DNA from: an uncultured Methanolobus sp. | GTDB lineage: Archaea; Halobacteriota; Methanosarcinia; Methanosarcinales; Methanosarcinaceae | Assembly: GCA_963675495.1 (NCBI GenBank) | Contig: OY776215.1 | Location: forward strand, 2,688,001 to 2,752,000 | Direction of reading: 5' to 3' | DNA length: 64,000 nucleotides | Shown here: positions 20,385-32,388 of the stretch, piece after piece | How the letters are laid out: the number at the start of each line of letters is the position of its first letter | Position numbering within the stretch: the first letter of the stretch is position 1 | Notes under the pieces: generated by a model | What the model saw: only the letters and a program-made list of their open reading frames with translations | Told to the model about the DNA's origin: nothing | Databases searched by the model: none | Translations under genes and position numbers: made by a program

Positions 20385-21077
20385 TTGTCCCTTTTATCTA
20401 CATATCTGGAACACATAATCAAAGTCTTACCTGACCTGGTAGCAGGGTCAATGATAACAATTGAGATAACATCTTTTTCTCTGTTTTTCGGAATGATACT
20501 TGGTACGATCAGCGGCCTTGGTAAGTTGTCCCAAAAGAGAATATTCAGATATCCAAGCATTGTTTACATTGATTTTATAAGGGGAACTCCCCTGCTGGTT
20601 CAGATATTGCTATTCTACTATGGTATTCCCGGTCTTTATTCCAATGCAACAGGGAATCCGTTGCAGATAGATCCGATACTTGCCGGTATTATTGTATGTA
20701 GTATAAACAGTGGAGCTTATATTGCAGAGATCGTACGTGCAGGTATACAATCAATCGACAAAGGACAGACGGAGGCAGCAAGGTCACTTGGTATGAATGA
20801 AAGGATGGCAATGAAAGAGATCATCCTCCCACAGGCATTCAGAAGAATAATACCTCCTCTTGGGAATGAGTTCATTGCTCTTTTAAAAGATTCATCACTT
20901 CTTGCTGTAATTGGCGTGCATGAACTGCTAAAGACCGGGCAGTTATATATTTCCAGGACATTTGCAGCTTTTCCGGTATATATTGCTGTGGCACTGATGT
21001 ATCTGATACTGACAATTGTAATCTCACGTGTAGTTGCATATTCAGAAAGGAGGCTTGGTGTCAGTGATAGAAGTTAA
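20385..21077 (+). CDS. Amino acid ABC transporter permease
   Basis: [34 protein letters not shown] (EAA motif), LKDSSL. Confidence 0.93.
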   Translation: MSLLSTYLEHIIKVLPDLVAGSMITIEITSFSLFFGMILGTISGLGKLSQKRIFRYPSIVYIDFIRGTPLLVQILLFYYGIPGLYSNATGNPLQIDPILAGIIVCSINSGAYIAEIVRAGIQSIDKGQTEAARSLGMNERMAMKEIILPQAFRRIIPPLGNEFIALLKDSSLLAVIGVHELLKTGQLYISRTFAAFPVYIAVALMYLILTIVISRVVAYSERRLGVSDRS

Positions 21078-21786
21078 AGACCTTTACAAGAGATTTGGAG
21101 AGCTTGAAGTACTGAAAGGTATTTCTGTGGACATAAAGGAAAGTGAGGTGGTCTGTGTAATAGGTCCTTCAGGTTCAGGCAAAAGTACTTTCCTCAGGTG
21201 TCTTAACCTTCTGGAAATGCCGACATCCGGTGAGATCACCATTGATGATGAAAAGATAACTGATAAAAATATCAACATTAACCGGATACGTGAGGAAGCT
21301 GGCATGGTATTCCAGCATTTTAACCTATTTCCCCACAAAACCACACTTCAGAATGTTGCCATGGCACCAATGAAGGTCAGGAAACTCTCAAAGGAAGAAG
21401 CTGAGAAACGTGCTCATAACCTGTTGAAGAAAGTGGGTCTTGAAGATAAGGCAAATGTGTATCCATCATCTCTTTCAGGAGGGCAGAAACAAAGGGTTGC
21501 AATTGCAAGGGCGCTTGCTATGCATCCGAAAGTTATGCTCTTTGATGAACCAACATCAGCACTTGACCCGGAGATGGTGGGTGAGGTTCTTGGAGTTATG
21601 AAAGACCTTGCAGAGGCAGGCATGACCATGGTGGTTGTCACTCATGAAATGGGATTTGCCAGGGAAGTTGGTGACAGAGTTCTTTTCATGGATGATGGAA
21701 TGATAGTTGAAAGGGGAACGCCTGATGAAATATTCTCCAATGCCCGGCACGAGCGGACACAATCCTTCCTTAGTAAGATACTATAG
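21058..21786 (+). CDS. Amino acid ABC transporter ATPase (GlnQ-like)
   Basis: [30 protein letters not shown]; likely GTG start after AGGAGG. Confidence 0.93.
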   Translation: MSVIEVKDLYKRFGELEVLKGISVDIKESEVVCVIGPSGSGKSTFLRCLNLLEMPTSGEITIDDEKITDKNININRIREEAGMVFQHFNLFPHKTTLQNVAMAPMKVRKLSKEEAEKRAHNLLKKVGLEDKANVYPSSLSGGQKQRVAIARALAMHPKVMLFDEPTSALDPEMVGEVLGVMKDLAEAGMTMVVVTHEMGFAREVGDRVLFMDDGMIVERGTPDEIFSNARHERTQSFLSKIL

Positions 21787-21850
21787 GTCAAATGGCAAAA
21801 ACGAATGCCCTTTTATTGAAAAATGATTGCAGGATATTGAAATAATTCGT

Positions 21851-22351
21851 TTACTTCTTTCCTGCAAGTTCTTTTATGCCCTTCTCGTCCAACCTGTATA
21901 GTACCCATTCTTTCTGGACTTCAGCACCAAAATGCTCATAGAACTCCTTTGCAGGATTCCATTCTAACATACTCCACTCTATTCTTCCACAGTTACGTTC
22001 TTCTGCAATCTGTCCGCAACGGAGCATAAGTGCTTTTCCAATACCCATGCCTCGGAATTTTGGATAGACAAATATGTCTTCAATATACAAACCGGGTTTA
22101 CCAACAAAGGAAGAGAAGGTATGGAAGAGTATAATGAAGCCTGCAGGTTTGTCATCAAGTTCAACTATTATCGCCTCAGCATATGGTCTTTTTCCAAACA
22201 AGGCAGTATAAAGATTTCCTTCCGTCGAAAGGACCTGTTCTTCGAGACCTTCAAATTCAGCAAGTGACCGTACAAAGTCCATAATGATGGGAATATCACG
22301 TTCATTTGCCTGCCTGATAATTATTCCATTTTTCTTTGAGATGGTTTCCAT
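21851..22351 (-). CDS. GNAT acetyltransferase, diamine acetyltransferase (SSAT)-like
   Basis: LAEFE, GLYIEDIFV.PKFRG.GIG, RIEW..LEWN.A..FY. Confidence 0.85.
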   Translation of the reverse strand: METISKKNGIIIRQANERDIPIIMDFVRSLAEFEGLEEQVLSTEGNLYTALFGKRPYAEAIIVELDDKPAGFIILFHTFSSFVGKPGLYIEDIFVYPKFRGMGIGKALMLRCGQIAEERNCGRIEWSMLEWNPAKEFYEHFGAEVQKEWVLYRLDEKGIKELAGKK

Positions 22352-22476
22352 GTTCTCACCTTCAACATTTTTAAATCATACAACAAATGTATTTTTAAAG
22401 AGCGTCAACTTCTCATTCTATTAAGATACTAGTATTTTTAATAAACCAGTGAAAGCTGTTCCCGCGGAATGAAAGG

Positions 22477-22650
22477 ATGCAAGTTGCAAAAATCGTAATA
22501 ATAAGTCTTGTTATTTTTATGCTGGTGACTATAATCGTTACTCAGGCCTTACAGGATAAGATATTCTTTTCGCTGTTTGTTGGGATACCTTCCGGAGCTG
22601 CGGCTTTTGCTATCAGTTTTGTTTATCTGTACATGCAAAAGAATGAATAG
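22477..22650 (+). CDS. 57-aa two-TM membrane microprotein (below the ORF track cutoff)
   Basis: MQVAKIVIISLVIFMLVTIIVTQALQDKIFFSLFVGIPSGAAAFAISFVYLYMQKNE*; two hydrophobic helices; ends 23 nt before the next start. Confidence 0.65.
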   Translation: MQVAKIVIISLVIFMLVTIIVTQALQDKIFFSLFVGIPSGAAAFAISFVYLYMQKNE

Positions 22651-22673
22651 CAAATAGTGAATAAGGTAATAAT

Positions 22674-23460
22674 ATGCCATTGTTGACAATATTATCATGC
22701 AAGATCCTACAAGATGAAGTTGTGCATATCCTGGAAAACGATTCCTCAGTAAATGAGGCACTGGTTGTTGCCAATGGGCAGGAGGATGATTTTACTTCCA
22801 AACTTCAAAAAGTAGGTATAAGCTATTGGCTCTTATCCGCCGATAAACTTCCGGTTGATACTGAAACTTACAAGAACGATTCTCATAGTTATACTGTAAT
22901 GGTGTACATGGTTGAGCTTGCATTGCACGAGCTTCCAAAAACACTTAAAACAGAAGTGTACAAATTACTTGAAAAACTAAGTAAATATTCCAGCGGCATT
23001 CTCCTCTTTTACGGACTTTGCGGAAACGTATTCGATAAGATCAAAACCGATTTCGAGCATCTTGAAAAATCATGTCCTGTGAGAATACTTCAGGATGATA
23101 CACGAACAGTTGATGATTGTGTAGGTGTTACACTGGGTGGTTGTAGTGAATATCTTTCGACTCTCAAAAAGTTCAGTGATCAGGGGGACATTTTTATTTA
23201 CACCCATGTTTGCACACACCTGGAGGGAGATTATGAGAGTTGATCCTGAAAAACCCGAAAAAACGATTAAGATGCTCCGAAAGGTCAATGAAATTACTGG
23301 ATACAAGCGGATTGCCAAGATCAGAACTGGACTACTGCATACAGATAATTTTGATGAAAAAGTGGCTGAATTTGCAGAGATATTTGATTTTGAGGTTCTG
23401 GAAGTAGAAGGTTGCCAGAACATATTTGAGAACTGTTATGAATCGATTAAAAAGAGATAA
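22674..23460 (+). pseudogene. DUF1638-family protein split by a +1 frameshift (or sequencing error)
   Basis: ELALH, GILLFYGLCG and VDDCVG in frame 1; continuation GTFLFTPMFA..W in the next frame. Removing one G from the G5 run at 23183-23187 gives a single 261-aa ORF. Confidence 0.75.
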
Positions 23461-23677
23461 CATGTTGCTAGTCGCTACTTCCTGATTTTTAGTGAGTTGT
23501 TCTGTTGTAGAAAGATTTATACCGTATGGAATCCCAGTTTTTAATGGGGGCAGGTCTTTATCGCTAATGCAGGCTGCAAGAATCAGAACTATGTTAATAT
23601 TTTTACTGACGTTTGTTTATGCAGGTATATCATGTGATTAGAAAAGGATAGTGCTTACCAGTTCTATAGGTGATGCG

Positions 23678-24190
23678 ATGGAATCAAGGGAAGAATTACT
23701 CAATAAAGGCTACGAAATAGCAACGTTTGCAGCAGGTTGTTTCTGGGGTGTGGAATCGACGTTTAGAAAAGTAAAAGGTGTGGGCTTCACTCAGGTGGGC
23801 TACACCGGTGGAACTACGGAAAATCCAACTTATAAAGGGGTATGTACAGGAACAACAGGTCATGCTGAAGCTGTAGAAGTTGTTTTTGATCCTTCTGTTG
23901 TACCTTACGAAAAATTATTGGAACTTTTCTGGGCTTTGCATGACCCTACCACTCTTAATAAACAGGGGCCTGACGTTGGTACACAATATCGTTCTGCTAT
24001 ATTTTATCATAATGCTGAACAGAGGAATGTTGCTATAGCATCAAAGATGCATCTGGAAAAATCCGGAGAATATAGTGGGGAGATAGTAACCCAGATACTA
24101 CCTGCAGGAGTGTTTTATCGTGCAGAGGAATACCATCAACAATATTTCGAAAAAATGGGTACTGATGGGGGATGTATTATAAAACATTAA
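23678..24190 (+). CDS. msrA: Peptide methionine sulfoxide reductase A
   Basis: [34 protein letters not shown]; AGGTGA RBS before ATG 23678. Confidence 0.95.
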   Translation: MESREELLNKGYEIATFAAGCFWGVESTFRKVKGVGFTQVGYTGGTTENPTYKGVCTGTTGHAEAVEVVFDPSVVPYEKLLELFWALHDPTTLNKQGPDVGTQYRSAIFYHNAEQRNVAIASKMHLEKSGEYSGEIVTQILPAGVFYRAEEYHQQYFEKMGTDGGCIIKH

Positions 24191-24281
24191 GCAACTTGTG
24201 GGTCTTTCCAAAATCAGTGGAAAATGAAAACAAGACCCAAAAGCCTATAAGCTTAAAATTAAATGTATAAGTGGTGATGAT

Positions 24282-24518
24282 ATGCAGGAATTCACATTTG
24301 AAGAAGTTGCAAAATACAATGGTAAAGATGGAGAAAAGACATATGTTGTCTACGACGGTAAAATTTATGATGTAAGTGATAGTGACTTCTGGGACGGTGG
24401 AGAACATATGGGTTTGCATGAGGCGGGAGCTGATTTAACTGAATCTCTTGATATGGAAGCCCCCCATGAGACAGATGCACTGGATAATTACCCCGTAGTT
24501 GGTACGATTAAAAAATAA
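24282..24518 (+). CDS. Cytochrome b5-like heme/steroid-binding protein
   Basis: FT.EEV.KYNG, GKIYDVS, W..G.H...H.AG.DLT, APH, YPVVG. Confidence 0.88.
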   Translation: MQEFTFEEVAKYNGKDGEKTYVVYDGKIYDVSDSDFWDGGEHMGLHEAGADLTESLDMEAPHETDALDNYPVVGTIKK

Positions 24519-24560
24519 AATATAGATGCATTCTGGCACACTTTGGAATTAAGGCAGGTT

Positions 24561-25363
24561 TTACAGAGGTATTTCGAATATGAATGATGAACCATTACCG
24601 GTTTCACTCTCAACTCGAATGCTTCCTCTGTGCATTTCAACATATTTCTTGACAATTGCGGGACCTAGTCCTGAACCTTCATAATTTATGCTAAGTGCTG
24701 AGTCTACCTGTCTGAAAGGTTCAAACAGGTCTTTCTGATCATCCGGATGTATGCCTATGCCCGAGTCCTTTACCTCAATCTCTATATTGTTTAGAACCTT
24801 TTTTGCATACACGTGGATATAACCACCTTCCGTGGTAAATTTAATTGCATTGCCTATCAGATTATAGGGTATTTGTTTTAACTTGATCCTATCAACCGTT
24901 ATAGCTGCGATATCATTGTCAATGTCAAATTCAAGGGAAATATCTTTTGTTATTACAAGAGTTGAGACCGTTCTCTTTACTTCATTAAATACATCAAATA
25001 CATTTACCTCTCCTGTTACAAGGTCCGTTTTTCCAGCTTTTATCCTGGAAAGGTCAAGAATATCATTTATGACTTCTAGTAGATGTTTTCCACTGTTGGA
25101 TATATTTGAAAGGTACTTTTCCTGCTTATCGCTAAAAATATCGTTTTCGCTATACTGCAACATATCTGAAAATCCAATGATGGAATTTAGGGGTGTGCGA
25201 AGTTCATGGCTCATATTCGTAAGGACTTCACTTTTTGCCATATCAGAAACCTCAGCAGCGAGTTTTGCTTTAATAAGTGCTTCCTTTTTGCAATCTCTTT
25301 TATAAGTTCATTTTCCTGGGTTATTCTTTTCTGGAAGGTGAATGTTATGCTATAGTGCTCCAT
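24561..25363 (-). pseudogene. Truncated, decaying histidine kinase (HisKA and HATPase only)
   Basis: MSHELRTPLN, GNAIKFT and DSGIG are present but there is no sensor domain. The upstream coiled coil (QENELIKEIAKR) is out of frame with EALIKAKLAAE. Non-consensus KQIPYNL, GLGPAI, KSEVL. Confidence 0.7.
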
Positions 25364-25509
25364 GAATCAGGCATCTATTTTTGATGTGTAATTTGTACAT
25401 TTTATATTAGTTACATTACTATATAATATTTTATATATAGTGTATATATTGTGTGCATAAAAAATTGTAAGCGGATATTGCTATTTGTAGCATGTAAATC
25501 CTAATCTAC

Positions 25510-25822
25510 CTTTATAATGGATGCTTGTTTACAGGGAGCAGCATACAGGTGATGTTCTTTGGTAAAATATTTGCAACAGGAACATTTGATCTGCTTCATC
25601 AGGGACATATTCTTTACCTCAGTGAAGCTAAAAAATGGGTGATGAACTTTATGTGACAGTTGTCAGGGAATCCAGGATAAAACACAAACCAAAATCCATA
25701 ATTCCAGACAAGCAAAGGGTGGAAATGGTCAATTCCCTGAAAATAGTCGATAAAGTTATTCTTGGAAGTGCTTCTGATATTTTCGACCCTATTAAGAAAA
25801 TAAAACCTGTTATCATAGTACT
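25510..25822 (+). pseudogene. Frameshifted, 3'-truncated copy of the ribL promoter and 5' region (direct repeat copy 1)
   Basis: Aligns with 27775-28089 with about 33 differences by manual count, including two 1-bp deletions and HPGH to HQGH. Confidence 0.9.
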
Positions 25823-26370
25823 AAGACATGATTCTATTCTTTGAAATACTGCAGATGAATGTAGATTTTGATACCCTGTTTATTATATATGCATGTTTAT
25901 TTAACAAGTAATCAATTCTGAAAGAGATGATGTATCTGCGTTCTTCTGTAATTTATAATTGGATTTTACATTTGTTTTCTACAAAGCTACGTTGTCATGA
26001 AGATCAAGTTACAGTAATTAGTCATTGGTTGAATTAAATTATGGAAATAAGGGTAAAATATGCAGGAAAAAAGACCATTTCATCATATTTTTTTATGAAC
26101 AGAAAATGAATTAAAAGAGATGAAGATAAATCAAAAATTAAAATATTATATATGTAATTTTTTTCATATTGTATGATATGATGACATTATATGAGTAATA
26201 TGTGATGATTTAAAGAAGTTAATGAAATTTACTCTCTGCTTGTCGAAATCATTTGAAAAAGGTTAAATATCATCAGTTGACATAAAACGAACTTATTCTT
26301 TAAATTCAGGAAGAATGATCTTGTAAGTTAATCAGGTTATATGTTGAACCTGATTGATAGGTGGTATGAT

Positions 26371-27576
26371 ATGAACAAAATAAAAATATTTATGACAATG
26401 TTAGTACTAATGTTGCTTGCTGCTCCTGCAGCTGCGATTGAGACAACCGATCTTAATACTCTTACTGATGAACAACTTGTTTCAAGTCTGCTTGGATCTG
26501 GTGTTACTGTAACAGATGTGAGGATTACCGGTGCAAATGTAGCTGCCGGTACATTCAGTGATTCTGAGGCAGTTACTGGAATTGATCAGGGAGTTATTCT
26601 TAGCACAGGTGATATTGCAAATGTAACTGGCCCAAATACTGCTGATGACACCACAACAGTAAATGGAGAATCCGGTGATTCCGATCTTGATCTCTTGATA
26701 CCAGGATTTTCAACGCAGGATGCCATCATCCTTGAGATCGACTTTATTCCAGAAGGAACACAACTTGAGTTCAATTATGTCTTTGGTTCGGAAGAATATA
26801 ATGAGTATGTAGACTCAGAATTCAACGATGTTTTCGGATTCTTCCTCAACGGTGTGAACATTGCACTGATTCCAGGAACAAATGAACCAGTAGCTATCAA
26901 TAATGTAAATAATGTAAATAATCCGGTTTATTTCCTGGATAATGATTTTGGTGATTTGAGCCCAATTCCTTACAATACTGAACTCGATGGTTTCACAACA
27001 GTTTTTAAAGCTGTAGGTGAAGTAGCTCCTTTAACTACAAACACGATTAAAATAGCAATAGCAGATGCCGGTGATTCTGCATTAGATTCTGCTGTTTTTA
27101 TCGAGGCTAAAAGTTTCAGCTCAGCAGATTTCTTCCTGACACCTGAAACTGCAACTAATAATGTTGGAGAGACACATACCTTAAGCGCAGAACTTAAAGA
27201 GGTCACAGAAAATGGTGTATCTCCAATTGTAGGAGAAACTGTGAACTTTGTTGTCACAAGCGGTCCAAATTCAGGTATTTTCGGATCAGGTGTAACAGAT
27301 TCTGATGGTATTGCTACATGGAGCTACAGCAGTTCTGTTGATGGTACAGACACAATTGAGGCTTTTGTAGGCTCTGAGGCAAATCCGGAAATGGTATCTA
27401 ACGAAGTTACAAAAATATGGGAAGGGGAAGTAATTGATGAACCTGATGAACCTGATGAACCTGATGAACCAGATGAACCAGATGAACCATCTGAGCAGAT
27501 TCCTGAATTCCCAACGATTGCTCTGCCAGCATTGGCAATAATCGGTCTGGCCTTTGTATTCCAGCGTCGTGAGTAA
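26371..27576 (+). CDS. PEF-CTERM surface protein: choice-of-anchor L-like domain, Ig-like domain, DEP linker
   Basis: Signal peptide ending AAPAAA, GVILSTG, YVFGSEEY.EY..S.FNDVFGF, IADAGD..LDSAVF, VTDSDGIA, IPEFPTIALP..TM..QRRE; GGTGG RBS before 26371. Confidence 0.85.
   Translation: MNKIKIFMTMLVLMLLAAPAAAIETTDLNTLTDEQLVSSLLGSGVTVTDVRITGANVAAGTFSDSEAVTGIDQGVILSTGDIANVTGPNTADDTTTVNGESGDSDLDLLIPGFSTQDAIILEIDFIPEGTQLEFNYVFGSEEYNEYVDSEFNDVFGFFLNGVNIALIPGTNEPVAINNVNNVNNPVYFLDNDFGDLSPIPYNTELDGFTTVFKAVGEVAPLTTNTIKIAIADAGDSALDSAVFIEAKSFSSADFFLTPETATNNVGETHTLSAELKEVTENGVSPIVGETVNFVVTSGPNSGIFGSGVTDSDGIATWSYSSSVDGTDTIEAFVGSEANPEMVSNEVTKIWEGEVIDEPDEPDEPDEPDEPDEPSEQIPEFPTIALPALAIIGLAFVFQRRE
27436..27489 (+). 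repeat. 9-bp coding tandem repeat (GATGAACCW)x6, encoding (DEP)6
   Basis: GATGAACCT x3 plus GATGAACCA x3. Confidence 0.95.
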
Positions 27577-27588
27577 GGCATGCATTAA

Positions 27589-27637
27589 ATGATTCAAAGA
27601 CTTCATCAAAGTTCTTGAATCATATTTTCTATTTTTT
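27589..27637 (+). terminator. Hairpin plus U-tract after the PEF-CTERM gene
   Basis: ATGATTCAA...TTGAATCAT inverted repeat followed by TTTTCTATTTTTT. Confidence 0.6.
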
Positions 27638-27774
27638 GCATTTATTATTTATATCCATATAAGAGTAAAATCACTTATGTTAGCATGACTTTAATTTAGT
27701 CACAAGTGATAATTTTTTACGGATTCATAGTCACTTGAAATATGGGTATTTTGAGTATGTCGATCTGGAGCTAT

Positions 27775-28089
27775 CTTTATAATATATGCTTGTTTATAGG
27801 GAGCAGCATACAGGTGATGTTTTTTGGTAAGAGTACTTGCAACAGGAACATTTGATCTGCTTCATCCGGGGCACATTCTTTACCTTAGTGAAGCTAAAAG
27901 AATGGGTGATGAACTTTATGTGATAGTTGCCAGAGAATCCATGATAAAACACAAACCAAAGCCCATAATTCCAGATGAGCAAAGGGTGGAAATGGTCAAT
28001 TCCCTGAAAATTGTCGATAAAGCTATTCTTGGAAACGATTCTGATATTTTTAATCCTATAAAAGAAATAAAGCCTGATATCATAGTACT
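27775..28089 (+). repeat. Direct repeat copy 2 (intact ribL promoter and 5' CDS)
   Basis: Matches 25510-25822. Confidence 0.9.
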
Positions 28090-28243
28090 TGGGTATGATC
28101 AGGGTTTTGATATAGACAAACTTCAAAAACAGTTGCAGGACAGGGGTTTTCATTCTAAGGTGATAAGGCTGGAACGGTCATTGATCTGTCCTCTTTGCAG
28201 CACTGGAAAAATCATCAAAAAAGTGCTTGAACGCTATAAGTAA
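27824..28243 (+). CDS. ribL: Archaeal FAD synthetase
   Basis: ATGTFDLLHPGH, PDIIVLGYDQ, C-terminal C..CSTGKII; converges on the rib genes. Confidence 0.9.
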   Translation: MVRVLATGTFDLLHPGHILYLSEAKRMGDELYVIVARESMIKHKPKPIIPDEQRVEMVNSLKIVDKAILGNDSDIFNPIKEIKPDIIVLGYDQGFDIDKLQKQLQDRGFHSKVIRLERSLICPLCSTGKIIKKVLERYK

Positions 28244-28288
28244 AACAATTCTAATTCATAATAAAAAAGTAAAATGAAAACGGAAAAG

Positions 28289-29443
28289 TCAGACCAGTAC
28301 TGCTTTGATCCTTTCCAATCCTTCCTGTATTCTTTCCAGTGATGTAGCATAGGATATTCTTATGAAGTCCTTACCACTTTCTCCGAAAGCAGAACCTGGA
28401 GTGACTGCAACGTGGGCGTTTGTAAGGAGCTTTCCTGTAATGATGTCACCGTTTCCGTACTCGCTAACATCTGCAAAGGCGTAGAATGCACCACCTGGTT
28501 TCTGGCATTTGATGCCAATAGTATTTAGACCGTCCACCAGCAGATCCCTTCGTGCTTTGAACCTGTCAACCATCTCAGTTACTGGTTCCTGTGGACCTTC
28601 AAGGGCCGCGACACCACCATACTGTACAAAGCTTGTTGCACTGCTGACCGAATGGGATTGTATCTTTAACATGCCTTTGAAGATATCCGGACTTGCGCAC
28701 ACATAACCTAATCTCCATCCGGTCATTGCATAAGCTTTGGAAAAACCATTAACAGTGATGGTCCTGTCCTGCATGCCTTCAAATGAGCCAATGCTGAAAT
28801 GTTCTTTGCCGTAGATGATCTTTTCATATATTTCATCTGAGAGCACAAGAATATCATTATCGATCGCTAAGTCTGAAATATGCTTTAAGGTCTGTTTATC
28901 ATAAACAGCTCCTGTAGGATTTCCTGGACTGTTAACGACGATAAGCTTTGTTTTATCAGTGATATATTCTTCCAGGTCAAGAGGTTTAAATCCATCATAT
29001 GGGTCTGTAGGTACCCATGTGGTATTCGCACCTGCAAACTTTATCGCAGGATCGTATGAGACCCATGCCGGGTCAAAAAGAATTGCTTCATCACCATCGT
29101 TAAGTACTGACATCATTATCTCAAAAATTGCCTGTTTTGCACCGGGTGTAACAAGTATGTCCGAAGCCTTTGCATCAATTTTGTTCTCTTTACGGAGCTT
29201 TTCAGCAATTGCATTTCTTAGTTCCGGGATTCCGGCTGATGGCGAGTAATGCGTTTCACCTCTGTACATTGCATCTGCTGCTGCATCACATATGTGCTTC
29301 GGGGTGTCGAAATCAGGTTCACCAAGGGTGAAACTAATGACATCTATACCTTCCTGTTTCATTTTATTGGCAACATTAGCGGCTTTTATCGTTGCCGATT
29401 CTTCCACACGCTCTAGTCTTGACGATGCCATGGAAATACCCAA
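28289..29443 (-). CDS. aspC: Class I PLP aminotransferase (aspartate aminotransferase-like)
   Basis: GEPDF, NSPGNPTG, SDEIY, GFSKAYAMTGWRLG, PGSAFG. Confidence 0.88.
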   Translation of the reverse strand: MGISMASSRLERVEESATIKAANVANKMKQEGIDVISFTLGEPDFDTPKHICDAAADAMYRGETHYSPSAGIPELRNAIAEKLRKENKIDAKASDILVTPGAKQAIFEIMMSVLNDGDEAILFDPAWVSYDPAIKFAGANTTWVPTDPYDGFKPLDLEEYITDKTKLIVVNSPGNPTGAVYDKQTLKHISDLAIDNDILVLSDEIYEKIIYGKEHFSIGSFEGMQDRTITVNGFSKAYAMTGWRLGYVCASPDIFKGMLKIQSHSVSSATSFVQYGGVAALEGPQEPVTEMVDRFKARRDLLVDGLNTIGIKCQKPGGAFYAFADVSEYGNGDIITGKLLTNAHVAVTPGSAFGESGKDFIRISYATSLERIQEGLERIKAVLV

Positions 29444-29470
29444 CCATTTTTCAGTTCAATACTCTCAATA

Positions 29471-29884
29471 TTAAAGACGTTGTACAAGTTTGACTGCTGC
29501 TTCAACAGCACGCTTTGCATAGTCCACACGTTGGTGTGCTTCCATTCTGGTCATGCCCGGACCGGCAATTCCCAGAGTCACAGGTTTGTTATATTCAAGG
29601 GAAAGGTCAGTGATCTTTCTTGCAGCCTGTTGTACAACGATCTCATCGTGCTTTGTTGCACCTTCAATGACAATTCCTACTGTAACTACAGCATCAATAT
29701 CATCACGTTCACAGAGTTTTTTGATTGCAAGAGGCATATCATATACTCCTGGTACCAAAATCTTTTCGGCTACCTCTACTCCAAGGAATTTCGCATGCTC
29801 CTCACCGAGCAGCTCCATCTGGAATGTAAGATCTCTGTTAAATTCAGCTATTACAAATCCCAATTTTATAGTCATAACAATCAC
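29471..29884 (-). CDS. ribH: 6,7-dimethyl-8-ribityllumazine synthase
   Basis: [30 protein letters not shown]. Confidence 0.95.
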   Translation of the reverse strand: MIVMTIKLGFVIAEFNRDLTFQMELLGEEHAKFLGVEVAEKILVPGVYDMPLAIKKLCERDDIDAVVTVGIVIEGATKHDEIVVQQAARKITDLSLEYNKPVTLGIAGPGMTRMEAHQRVDYAKRAVEAAVKLVQRL

Positions 29885-29933
29885 TTAAGATTTTTATATT
29901 AATTTATATTTTCCATCGTTTCTTTATACGATA

Positions 29934-31566
<1,633 letters not shown>

Positions 31567-31737
31567 ATTAATCTCCTGATTATTTTTGACCTGTAAATTA
31601 TGATTTAGTTAATCTGATTTATTGTGCAATCATGGGATATAACTTTCATGATATACATTTTGATTGTCCGCAATGGGCAACTTCCGCCTTCTATGCAACC
31701 CTATTATTTAACCTTAGCCAGTCTCAATCCTGAAACT

Positions 31738-32295
31738 TTAGTCACTCAACAATTTCAGTATATCGTACTTGGTCACAACACCAGCAACATGACCCTTTTC
31801 CAGTACCACCACAGCTGGATATTTCTCGAGCATATAAGATGCTGTTTTGACATCTGTGTTAGGGGAAAGCGTAGGGAACGAATCACCCATTATATCACCG
31901 ATCTTCATGTTGGACACAACTGATGTCTTTTTGTCTGCCATTGACCTGACGATCATGTCTTCGGATAAGCTTCCAACAGAAATTCCATCCTGTATGACAG
32001 GTATCTGTGATATGTTGAACTTTTCCATAATGTGGACTGCAGCATCGATACTCTCATCAGGTGATACGGATATCAGGTCCCTGTTCATTATATCCCTGAG
32101 ATAGATGTCTTCTTTTTCAATATCATTGAATACGTTGATTATCTTTTTGAGGGTCGATAACCTGGGGTCTACATCTCCTGCTTCTATCCTGGCTATAAGT
32201 GGTTGACTGACACCTGCTCTTTTTGCAAGATCACTTTGTGTAAGACTAAGGTCGATCCTTTTCTGTTTTAATTCATCAGGAGATGGAAGTTGCAT
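31738..32295 (-). CDS. XRE-HTH plus CBS-pair transcriptional regulator
   Basis: LTQSDLAKRAGVSQPLIARIE..DPRLST; two CBS repeats. Confidence 0.9.
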   Translation of the reverse strand: MQLPSPDELKQKRIDLSLTQSDLAKRAGVSQPLIARIEAGDVDPRLSTLKKIINVFNDIEKEDIYLRDIMNRDLISVSPDESIDAAVHIMEKFNISQIPVIQDGISVGSLSEDMIVRSMADKKTSVVSNMKIGDIMGDSFPTLSPNTDVKTASYMLEKYPAVVVLEKGHVAGVVTKYDILKLLSD

Positions 32296-32388
32296 AGGTA
32301 TTACTGATGGTAATTATCCTATTTAAATCCAATTAAAGATAGGGTTATTGAACCTACAAAGGCAGCAGAAAAAAAGTAGAAATGGGGA

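Noticed and set aside
22446-22476. CTGTTCCCGCGGAATGAAAG resembles CRISPR repeat motifs
   Set aside because: Single copy with no spacers or cas genes; it is the upstream region of the small membrane ORF.
25635-25844. 69-aa ORF as a functional second FAD synthetase
   Set aside because: The nucleotide-binding HxGH N-terminus is out of frame and the C-terminus is missing; it is a pseudogene fragment.
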